A DNA stretch of 32,709 nt, taken from the NCBI GenBank assembly GCA_009103225.1, contig RHPI01000977.1:68478-101186 (forward strand), in the 5' to 3' direction. Positions 1 through 9,710 of this stretch are shown here, in pieces (position 1 is the stretch's first letter; each line of letters opens with the position of its first letter). The position numbers and the translations under genes are program-made. The notes beneath the pieces were generated by a model. The model did no database searches, was not told the origin of the DNA, and worked only from the letters and a program-made list of their open reading frames with translations. The stretch comes from Chlorokybus atmophyticus (Eukaryota > Plantae > Mesostigma and Chlorokybus algae).

Positions 1-421
1 GTGTAACATTTCAAAATCAGTCATGCACGCGCGCAGGTAGCTCAAGCATACGCGCGCACGCCCGTACACAGCCGCAATCGTCAATGTCCGCATGCACGCA
101 GCCACACACCTGTTCGCGCATGCATGTCCGCACGTACATACGCACAGCGCGACACACAGTGACGCACCCATGCAGGTAGATGCTCAGGTCTTGAGTATGA
201 GCACATCAAGTCATTGCATATACTGTATATACTGTATGCACGCTCAGACACACTCGGACATACACATACATGCATACCCATGCGGACACATATGCAGGCA
301 CGCAATTTCAATGTACTACAACCTGCACAATTTCAATTCTGTCAAGCTTATACAAAGTCCCTTCCTTCTCTTGACAAAGTGGAGTACACCTTGTCAAGAG
401 GCGAGGGGAAGGCACTGCAAC

Positions 422-1000
422 TCATGAGTTCCCATCGATGGCATTCAATTCGTCCAATGCGCGTTGTGTTGAAGATGGTGCAGCAGTTTTGTTATGTCTC
501 TCATACTGCAGCTCCAAGAACGTGTAGTACTCTGTCCGATTGTCTGCCTCAAGGTAATGTCGATTGCCAACAGGCCACTGCTTCCACAGCTCGAGCCGAT
601 AGTAGTTGGCAATGTCAATCGGCTCAACCATCAGGCGGAAAGTGTCGCCTCTTGCACACCAGAGATTGGACTTGTTGAAAAAGAAAGCAGGCAACATGCC
701 TTCCATGTAACGATTGTATGCTGAACGCCAGAAGTCCCGTAGAACCCTGTCATGTCAGGTTGGTCACCGCACGATGTGGAGGTCATACCAGTACTTAGCA
801 AGCCGTAAACTGCATTGAACTCAAACTGCAATGCATGTCGTCTGACCTGCATGCGTGTTTAACTGATTTCAAGCGCTCTGCTTGCGAGCTGTCATCACCG
901 TCACGATATGCTCTGAAGTCGGCGTAGTAGTCCGCAGAAGTCTGCGCAAAGGCTTGTATCGTTTCCATGGCAGCTTGTACCTCATTGCGCAACTTGTCAG
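422..1000 (-). other. EDS1/PAD4-type EP-like domain of copy 1
   Basis: AAMETIQAFAQTSADYYADFRAY...HACR|VLRDFWRSAYNRYMEGMLPAFFFNKSNLWCARGDTFRLMVEPIDIANYYR...HYLEADNRTEYY is colinear with the recalled PAD4 segment SMARIEWY...GYYDFFKRY...RIRLAKFW...LPFDF...W...YQLLAEPLDIANFYK...HYLEGNRPKRY. EPIDIANY is at 625-602. Confidence 0.8.
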
Positions 1001-1021
1001 TAAATTCTGTTTCATGTTTTC

Positions 1022-1337
1022 GCTGCTCGGCAATACGCGAACCGCCCACTGTCGGTGATTCCAAAGCTGCAAGGGTAAATGCATTGAGATTACGCGTGTC
1101 ATGTGGTAGGTCAACCCTGCATGTCAGATGCCAATCAGGCCGCAATGCAAACCTGGGCTGCATGGGCTGCATGAAGGGCGGCTTCTGCTGCTCGGTGATA
1201 CGCGAACCGCCCACTGTCGGTGACTCTGAAGCGCTGCAAAGGTAAATACACTGAGACTACGCATGTCATGTGGTAGATCAACACTGCACGCTAGATGCCA
1301 ATCAGGCCGCAATGCAAACCTGGGCTGCATGAAGGGC
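1022..1337. repeat. Tandem duplication, 2 copies, period 165 bp, each carrying an 86-nt intron copy
   Basis: The unit gctgctcgg..atacgcgaaccgcccactgtcggtga...gcaatgcaaacctgggctgcatg starts at ~1022 and ~1187. Intron copies are at 1319-1234 and 1152-1067. Confidence 0.9.
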
Positions 1338-2110
1338 TGAACACTTCCCAAGTGTTTGACGAGGGTGTCGTACCCAACCCAGGTTCCCTATTGCACGCAG
1401 AACCAGAAGACCCGCGGAATTACTTAAGCACACGTCATTTAAAACTATTTTGACTAGGTGCATGCTGCAAGGTCTCGCTCGTTCATTGAGAAGTGTGCAC
1501 AGCTTGGAGCAAATGCACTACACTCTTTGTAGTGTTTGAAACTTGCCTGCTGATCGCCAAGGGTAAAGTAGTTAAAATTTCCGGATCTGTGCAGGTACGT
1601 GCTTTCTGTCTCGAGGGGCCTGGAAGACGACTGGAACCAACCAGCCAGAGCGGTTCTGCTCTTCGTAGACCTTGGTTAGTATGTTCGTGTACTCGTCGTG
1701 CGTTCCTGCTCCCAATCTGTCAGCTGCAGTCGGCGTTTTCAGTGAAACCGTTCGTAATGCTCGTCACAAGCAACGATCACCTGCAATGTCACGAGTACAA
1801 CCAGCAAACCGATCAATGCATGGCTGTTGTGCAGGCGTGCCTGCTGACGGCATGAGATGCGAGAAGTTGGGATTGTCTGATGACGGCGACCACGCGCAAG
1901 GTGTTCTACACTTTGGAGACGATGTGACAACAAGTACCTTTGTGCCATCGTTTGAACATTTGACCAATAAGAATCGGCCATGACTGGTTTCCAATTTTGT
2001 AGTCGACAATGACGTCTATATTGTCTTGTTGCAGTTGCTCAGCAAGCCTCCGCACACGCTCTGCATGATGCTTGTCAAACTGGCAGTAGCTGATAAACAC
2101 AGTCAACTTG
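1320..2110 (-). other. SEFIR domain of copy 1 (three exons)
   Basis: TVFISYCQFDKHHAERVRRLAEQLQQDNIDVIVDY...SWP...|VIVACDEHYERF...GAGTHDEYTNILTKVYEEQNRSGWLVPVVF...VPAQIRKFNYFTL...|WVGYDTLVKHL resembles the recalled prokaryotic SEFIR consensus (VFISYS.DS..H...V..LA..L...GIDV..D; V..VC...Y..R; G.G...E; K.IPV.F; Y..L; GY..L...L). Confidence 0.75.
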
Positions 2111-2268
2111 GCCTCTGACGCCGCGGACGCTGCCTTTGTAGCCTCTTGTCCCTGTCCGCTATGTGCCACAGCACATGCAAATAACCATAAGCATGGTACC
2201 TGTAGTACAACACTTGCCGCACATGGCATGTGTGCATGATTTGCAACGAAAGCTATAGCAAAACTTAC

Positions 2269-3524
2269 GCAATAGCAGCATGGTTGACAGCCGCTGCCGC
2301 CTCCACCTCCGCCTTCGTCTCCCGCAGGTGCTGCTGCAGCACAGCAAAAACAGCAGGATCCAACATACTGAAAGATTTTGGCAGTGCCTTCAAGTGGGAG
2401 CACCCGTCCAGTTTCAGCTTTCGCAGTGCAGAGAGCTTGCCAAAGGACTCCGGCAGCACCGCCAAACTGTCGCACCAGCTTAGGTCCAGCTCACGCAAAG
2501 CAGCGAGCTTGCTGAAGGACTCTCCCAGCACTGCCAAGCGGTCGCACGCGCTCAGATTCAGCGTTTGCAGATTGTTCAATTCGCCGAGGGACTCCCGCAG
2601 TGCCTCTAGGCTACCGCAATAGCTCAAGTCAAGCGTTTGCAGGGCAACGAGACTACCAAAGGACTCCGGCAGCTCCGCCAAACTGTTGCAATTGGTCAGG
2701 TCCAGCATCTGCAGGGCAGTGAGTTTGCCAAAGTACTTTGGCAATGCCGCCAATCTTTCGCAACTTCTCAGGTCCAGCGTTTGCAGCATAGCGAGGTTGC
2801 CAAAGGATTCCGGCAGCTTCACCAAGCTGAGGCTATTGCTCAGGTCTAGCGTTTGCAGCATAGCGAGGTTGCCAAAGGACTCCGGCAGCTTCGCCAAGCT
2901 GTTGCACTTGCTCAGGTCCAGCATTTACAGGGCAGGTTGCCAAAGGACTCCGGCAGTGCCGCCATGCTGCCGCAATAGCTCAAGTCAAGCGTTTGCAGGG
3001 CCACGAGACTACCAAAGGACTTCGGCAGCTCCTCCAAGCTGAGGCTTTACCTTTAAGTCCAAGTCCTGAAGGTGCATGAGATCTCCTACAGACTCGGGTA
3101 GCTTGTGCAAACCGGTTCTAGAGAAAACTAGAGTCTGTAGCATAGCGAGCCCGCCAAGCGCTTCAGGCACATTCATCAGAGGTTCACAGCCCCGCAGCAC
3201 CAGGATTTGCAGCGCCTTGAGGTTTCCAATGGACTCAGTCGCCACCATTGAGACATCAACATGAACGGTTTTTTCTACAATTAGAATCACTAATGTAGTG
3301 CACGCAGCGGCATTATACAAGAAACTGCTCAAGGCGGAACAGCGTGGACGTCTCCACTCGAGATAGACCAGCTCTCTACGGACCCTATTGGGAGCGTGAA
3401 GTGTGCCATCCCAATCAGTTGTGCCAAGGTCTAGCATGCGGAGGCGAGGCATGAAGGCCATGCCACGTAATGTTTCGCTCCAGTTGAGTCCAGCCCAGGA
3501 CACAGTCTCGGCTTGTTCAGAGCC
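2269..3524 (-). other. Leucine-rich repeat region of copy 1
   Basis: About ten 24-aa repeats of the type LQTLDLSxCxSLxxLPESFGxL (ORFs 2265..2924 and 3009..3530), typical of TNL LRRs. Confidence 0.93.
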
Positions 3525-3711
3525 CTGCATACAACAACAGCATGCCTAAGATCAGCAGTTCTCACGCGCTCACTTCCAACAGCCATGCTGTCACATACTC
3601 TTGAAACACCGTGGGTTGCACGTTTTTGCTGGACGCATGCATGCAACCTTCACAAGCCAGTCAAAAGGACATGAGATGAAGGAACCAAGCTGGAGCGTGG
3701 CATACATGCAC

Positions 3712-4983
3712 CTCTTGAAGTAATGTGCTTGATTCCTTTGGCAACCAGATGTGCTTGGGCGGGTTGGCTCGACTGGCAATCATTCGCCCCATGTCGCGAA
3801 GTTGGCCATGTACCAAAAAGCAGATATTGCCTTGTGCACCCAATGAGAATGGCTTGTACTGGTCTTGTCTCCATACCAAGCGAATAAGGGACAATTCCAC
3901 CAGGGTATTCACTTATAGTGCCGCGCCCTTGCCCCACGCTGGAAGCAGAAACTTTTCATTTTTCCCAAATGCGAAGCAGCAGATGTCCAGAAACACTCGC
4001 TGATAAGTGGGCTCTAGGTAATTGTAGCTGAGCTCGAGCGTTTTCCACAACCGGTTATCCTTGGTACCTTCAAGCCCCTCTGCCTTTTGCAATTGATCCA
4101 GTGCGTCTTTCCAAAACTGCACATCACTGTTGCTGCTGCGCTTGTGAAGAAAGGATCCCACGACCTCGAGCGCGAGTGGCAGGCCTTGACACGCCTGGAT
4201 AATATCGTTGGCGATTGGCTCCAACTTCACAGGCACGGTAAGCAATATGCCAGGTTCAGTGAAGGCATAATTGTTGAACAGTTCTCTAGCCGGCTGATCG
4301 TCGAGCAGCAGCACCTCCTCCACCAATGTATGCTTCGCATGCCCCTTCAATAACTGGTGATTACAGAGGTCACCAGCACACGACTGCCTAACAACACGAT
4401 ATTGAGTCAGTCGTGTAGTGTCAGCCTTATTGTGTCAGTCTCACTGTGTAGGCAATGATCCACTGGTAATGTGCCTTACCGGTACCCAGCAGAGGGCTGT
4501 CTCCCCAAAAATTGCAACAACCGAGGAGGGCTTCTTTCTGATCCTCGCTCCAGACGTCATCAACAAAAAGCAGCACCTTCCGCCCTTGCAAGCGGTTCTT
4601 GAGAATTGCCTTTCCTTCATGAATGGAGGTCAATGCCTCTACAGGCTCACTCCCCAGCTTTTTGAAGCATTTGTTGTTGCAGCTGTACCAGCTTCCCGTT
4701 CTCTTTACATGCATCTTTTTCGACCGCTACAATGCAGCAGCTGCCTGGGAATTTGCTGTACAGGCTGTTGTAAACTGCTATTGCAAGTGCAGTCTTTCCG
4801 ATACCGCCAATGCCATGAAGACCCAGCATGATGACCTTGCTTCCAGCGGCAGCAGCATTCAACTTGTTGAGTACAGCTTCAACGCGCCTGTCAATGTCCA
4901 CTGGATGTTTGGCGACTTCCAAGCGGGGGGGTAGCCTTCTCAGCACGCCTGACACCACTGCATCTACTAAAGCAGTCCTGGTA
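3712..4983 (-). other. NB-ARC domain of copy 1
   Basis: P-loop GLHGIGGIGKT (~4792-4815), kinase-2 LLFVDDVW (~4549-4575), RNBS-B GSRVLVTS across the 4480/4387 splice, GLPLAL (~4168-4185), LELSY..L...QRVFLDICCF, and MHD-equivalent VHGQLRDMGR (~3790-3815). Confidence 0.93.
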
Positions 4984-5070
4984 CTGCCAACAAAGAGCAG
5001 ATGTTGAAAACATTGCCGCAATCATGATGACAACGGCATCACAACACGAACCAGTGACAACCCAACTCAC

Positions 5071-5661
5071 GGTTATTGATTGACCCTCCAGCCCGGTCTG
5101 TTGAACGCCTCCTCTACCGCCGTGCGATATTCAAGTTGATTTTGGACGTATAGGGTCTCACCGCGCTGGCATGCGCTGAAAACACACAACATGCTGGTCA
5201 TGATGGAAATCCTGCTGATTGCTGGCGAGTCTAGGAGAAAAGGTAAACTATACTGCCAGTACAGTGTACCCACCTGTGAATACTTTCCAGGATTATGGCT
5301 TTGAGATCGTCAAAGTCATCATAGAAGATAGGCATGATTTGATGTTTCCTGGACTCTCCAACATAATGCGCAGCTCCTCTAGGCAGTAGCAGGATTTCCC
5401 GTATCGACGAGAAAGGACAGGCATCTTGATGCGAGCGGACCGCACATTGGCAATGATGACATCCCAAGCTCCGTTGGTTTCCCCGGGCTGCAAGCTGAGC
5501 TCGTCCACGAAGCAGGTGATTCCAACTCTGTCAAGCATGCGATGCAGATAGTCAACAAGATTGTTCTTGACGTCAGGCCCTCTATGGCTCAGGAAAACGT
5601 CGCAGGGAGAGTGAGGGATAGTCTTTGACAGCGGCATATTGTCTCCGTCTGCAACACGCAA
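5071..5661 (-). other. TIR domain of copy 1
   Basis: DVFLSHRGPDVKNNLVDYLHRMLDRVGITCFVDELSLQPG...PVLSRRYGKSCYCLEEL...IMPIFYD matches plant TIR motifs (DVFLSHRG.D, SxWCLxEL, PIFY). The catalytic Glu position (CLEEL) is retained. Confidence 0.92.
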
Positions 5662-6099
5662 GTTGACTGGTCAGTGGGCTCATGGAGCATTATTTGCTGG
5701 AGGGAAATGCCGTCTGGCGATCAGCTGGTGAATAAGGGAGCTGCACAGGATCGATACAAACCGCAACGCACACCAACATGTCAAGCACATTTGAGTAGTA
5801 GTCGTAGTGTTGGTCAACAACCTACCGTTGAGGTTTGCATTGGGGGCCAAAGGTTTGTTCATTACGACCTGCAGCCAGCTCCTCCTCCTTGCTGGCCTGC
5901 AGCGGGACAAACCGAATTGTCATGAGCTTGAGACGCCTGTAACGCACAGTGACATGCAACCATATACATATACATATACATATACACCATCATTCGATTG
6001 GAGTCACTAGGTGTTTGCCAGCAGAGTGCAATATATTGCACACTGATGACAAGAAGTGTGTGCGCACACTGCATGCATGTGGTTTCCAAGCAAGTCGCT

Positions 6100-6730
6100 A
6101 GCCAGAATTCCCATCCGCGAATGCCAAGCAAGCCCAAAAGTAATTGTACTGAGTACCAAACACGGTTGCAGGTGAGTTCGACTCTCTACACGCAACGCCT
6201 CGCAAACAATTACTCGCAATGAGGTTGCGACCTAGCACCATACTATACTGAACAACTGACATGCAGCAGAGAGTGCTCGCTTGCACATGCGCTTCAATAT
6301 GGCCAAGCTCATTGCCTGCCAAGCTGGTGGCGCGGCGCTGGACGGCAGCACCAGCTGCTGGCGGCCAGCACCGCCAACTTACACCCAGTGCCATGCATGT
6401 TTGTCAAGCACTGCATGGCTACCTGAGTGTAGCTAACTTGCTGCCATGCTGTTCTGGCATTCTTGCTCGCCGCATCTAGCGTCCGCACACGACCATCAAC
6501 CCACCTTCGCCCGGTGCGCTGAAGTCAGCTGTCTTCAGCTGTGCTTTGGGCTCCTTCCATCCAACGCTCGTGTCCTCCCGCAGGTGGTGCGGGGCGGCAT
6601 CGCCCCTCAGCTCCGGCACCTCCACGCCCCGCCCCTCGCCTTCCGCCGCTGCCCAGCGCTCGCTCTGGTGCATGTCTGTGCCACCCGCCGCGTCCTCCAA
6701 GGCTGACGCGGAGCCAGGTACACTGTACCT
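6100..6730. repeat. Upstream block of TNL copy 1, inverted-homologous to ~20100-20660
   Basis: Shared motifs include caccttcgcccggtgcg (~6502 and reverse complement at ~20290), agcaccgcca.ctt.cacc and tctacacgcaa. Boundaries are approximate. Confidence 0.75.
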
Positions 6731-8069
6731 GACAAAGTGCCGCGGGCGGGAGCAGATCCGGCTCAATAAACAGGTGAACGGCATCGAACCTGTATGCATC
6801 AATGAATCATGGAATGGGTTGGGGTTGTCTTGACCTGTGAACCAGGAGACGGATGCCACCAGTGGTAGCCTGACAGTGCTACCACTGGTAGGCCTATACA
6901 CAGATTAAAATTAGAAACCATGGCGTATACCTCACATGCTCGTATACAGGGCTCCCGAACTCTTATCATGCCATCAATGCAAGCCTATCAGATGATCGCG
7001 TATCATAACATGAAAGCACATTATGCTGCACATGACATGACAGGCTATAATGAGAAGTTGATAAGGGTTTGGGAGCCCTACCATACCCCAAGTTCAATGC
7101 AATGCATGTGCATAGGCCTAGCACTGCTATCAAGGATAGCCTGCACGCATAAAGCAACTTAGGCCTAAGTGCGGGGCAGCCGCGGGCTCCATCCTGGGCC
7201 GGAGAATTCTGGCTCGTTTGAGTCTTAACAGTCGATGCTCAAGCTTGTTTGCTTAATTGCCCGGCGGCACGGCACGGTACAGCACGGCACGGTGCGGTGA
7301 GGCGGTGGGGGGCGGGCTGCAGGGTGTGCCCGCCGCAGGGCTGGAAGGGTTCTCCGGGAAGGAGGGGTGAGAAACTCAGCGCAGCAGGCGCCAGCTTCGT
7401 CCGTCAGCGCCATGCAGGGAGGCGCTGGTTAGCAAACGCAAGCGGCGCAGCTGGAAGCTATCACGCTGACCGTCTGACGTAGATGGCTGAAACTGCAAGC
7501 AATGCTTCCGCCTTCCGCAGGTGCTCTGCAGTTAGACTCTATCTGCAATGCCTCGCCACTGCTGCCTGCCCTCCACAGAGCTTGTAGCTGAACCAATTCC
7601 TCACAGCTCGTGAATGAGCATGTGTACCGCACAAAGTACCACAGGCTGATCAGCGCCTATGTGTTTTCATGCATGCGTCCGTGTACATAGCCGCATGTGT
7701 GTGTGTGTGCATGCATGCGTCTATGGACACGGACGCAGGCATGCACACTCATGCGCGCGCGCACACATGATTAAACACACATCTTCACATACAAGTCTAT
7801 ATATATGAACATGTTTGCTTCTTGCAGCCATTCAGTACTTTTAGCTGCTTGTGCGCAGCACCGTAACTTACGGTGAGCATGCTGTGGTATTTGAGTATGT
7901 GCAGTTGCTCTGTTGTCAACGTCATTAGGGCCATACTGCAGGCAGCAACAGTAATAGCTTGGTGCAGTTGCAGAGCAAGAAATTGTCGGGCACGTTGTAA
8001 ACTGTTGAACAGAAGAATCACATTGATACAGTCTGCTTCTGTAGTATTGAACTCAGCTAACAACTCTTG

Positions 8070-8070
<1 letters not shown>

Positions 8071-8165
<95 letters not shown>

Positions 8166-8166
8166 N
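8071..8166 (+). repeat. Poly-C run (95 C) ending in an N
   Basis: Seen directly. The terminal N suggests a contig join, so the length is unreliable. It lies at the position homologous to the poly-G near 18714 and 19124. Confidence 0.95.
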
Positions 8167-8259
8167 ATTCTTTGATAGGAGTTGGGCGCACTGCACCCAT
8201 TGTAAGGCTGGCCTGCACTGCGCTTGGCTGAGCAGCACAACCAGAAGCGCTTGCTTGAG

Positions 8260-8985
8260 ATGGACCGATTGGTGATTCGGAGGCTGCCTGCAGTGCTAGC
8301 TGCTGCTACATCCATTGTTACTGGTGCCGGCTACTGGAACCACACATATCTCAATTTGGACGCTCCTTATGATGCTGCTATGGTGTAAGTTCAACTACAG
8401 CTTTCCTTGTAAAGCAAGCAGAGCATTCCTGTTGCGACAAAATGCTGCACCATGCTCATAAGATTTTGCATGTGCTGCGGCAAGTAGCGGGCAGGGACGA
8501 GAGGCAACAGGGGCACTGTCCGCGACGCCAGCGGCAATATTGACAGCAATCATCAGCTGCTGCCAGTTTGACAACCAAGACAAAGAGCGCGGAGACTTGC
8601 CGAGCAACTGCAACAAGACAACATAGACGTCATCGTGAACTTCAAGAACCAGTACAAGTCATGGCCGGCTTTCATTGCAGATGCTGCCGGCACAAAGGTA
8701 GCACTTGTCACATTATTACTGGTGGTGAACACCTTGCGCATGGTTGCTGTCATCAACAAACCCCAACTTCTGGCATCTTATGTAGTAAACAGGCACGTCT
8801 GCATGATAGCGATGCATGCTGTGATTTGCAAATCGCAATTGTTCTCATGATGCTTTAGGTGATCGTAGCCGTGTGATGAGCATTATGAGAGATTTTAATT
8901 CAGGAGCCGACCGCAGCTGATGCATTGGGGGCGGGGATGCACGACTACTACACAACGTACTGAACAAGGTTTATGAGAAGCTGAG
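8260..8985 (+). pseudogene. Decayed signal-anchor-SEFIR gene (paralog of 16716-18563), no EP part found
   Basis: Exon 1 MDRLVIRRLPAVLAAATSIVTGAGYWNHTYL...|gtaagt is homologous to MGGLASLRLHAVLAAAAAIVAVAGYWKHTHL. It is followed by ISCCQFD...EQLQQDNIDVIVNFKNQYKSWPAFI...GTK|VIVA.CDEHYERF...GAG.HDYY...NKVYEK with several frameshifts. Homology ends at ~8985. Confidence 0.85.
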
Positions 8986-9710
8986 GTAGTTGGTTCTAGT
9001 TGTTATGTTTTGTAAACAAATGCTTCTACACATGCAGACTTGCCTACCACTCTAGACACTCCAGACACTCTAGACATATGTACACCGGTTGTGTAGCGCT
9101 TCATGCTCAACTATAGGCTTTCCAGTGGCTCCTTGCAAGCAAAGCATCATCACACCAGCACAGCAAGCACACGCACAGCCATCAGCACAAGACTCTATGA
9201 CACGCACTCTTACACCCACACGGTCACAGACACGCTCACTACCAACACATGGTGCATTAAGTACGAGAAAGTTTTGTCAGGCATCCTTGGACTTATGTGC
9301 ATAACAAAGGGCAGCACTTGGTCAGCAGGTGCACCTGCTGTGCACCTGCTCACCAAATGACTGCTTGCTGCAACATGCTTTGCATGTACTTGTCGCCAAG
9401 GCATGACATGACAGATCATCTTCAGCTATCTTTGTCGCAATCACTAAGCTGGAACATATTCACACAATCTATTAATTACCTCAGCTCTGACGTTTGCCCC
9501 ACCCTTATCCACACACCGTTAAATGGCATATTATTCGGATGCCAATGACCATCATGCTGTACACGCATATTGGGTTGCATTATATGCATGCACACGAGCA
9601 GTCGATGTGCATCTCATATAAGTATCTACGTGTTGAAACTGTTCGCAGATAAAGGCTACTATGTCTCCTCACTGCCTCGCAGATTGGCAAGTGCGAGGTG
9701 GATTCAACAG

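Larger units (their letters stand above)
40..2290. repeat. Direct segmental duplication with 16340-18410 (3' flank, EP and SEFIR exons and introns)
   Basis: Shared exons, introns and CA-rich 3' flank, e.g. catgcatgtccgcacgta...gacacacagtgacgcac...ttgagtatgagcacatc at ~120-210 and ~16425-16520. Confidence 0.88.
422..5661 (-). pseudogene. TIR-NB-ARC-LRR-SEFIR-EP fusion NLR (copy 1); full-length architecture with disrupted reading frame
   Basis: Hand-spliced exons (minus strand): ~5650-5274, 5175-5071, 4983-4480, 4387-3712, 3524-2269, 2158-1938, 1780-1547, 1387-1320, 1233-847, 746-422. All donors are GT except a GC donor at 1546; acceptors are AG; intron phases match. In-frame TAA at 5075-5073, 3915-3913 and 2927-2925. 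Frameshifts near 5340, 4660, 4365, 3045, 2935, 1952, 1746 and 1575. The 5' start is uncertain: ATG at 5637, or an upstream exon via the acceptor near 5651. Confidence 0.85.
7260..8985. repeat. Block inverted-homologous to ~17790-19900 (upstream region plus first exons of the signal-anchor-SEFIR gene)
   Basis: Shared cgtcag.gccatgc.gggaggcgctggttagca, gtctgacg.agatggct, ctcagct.aca.c..ttg.cccccc poly-C tract, and colinear exon 1 and SEFIR exons. Confidence 0.82.

Noticed and set aside
2230-3264. Plus-strand ORFs over the LRR region (also 4418-4934 and 21923-22577 on the opposite strand)
   Set aside because: They are antisense shadows of LRR and NB-ARC coding sequence.
7797-8315. Poly-Gly ORFs
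   Set aside because: They arise from the poly-C run and the N.
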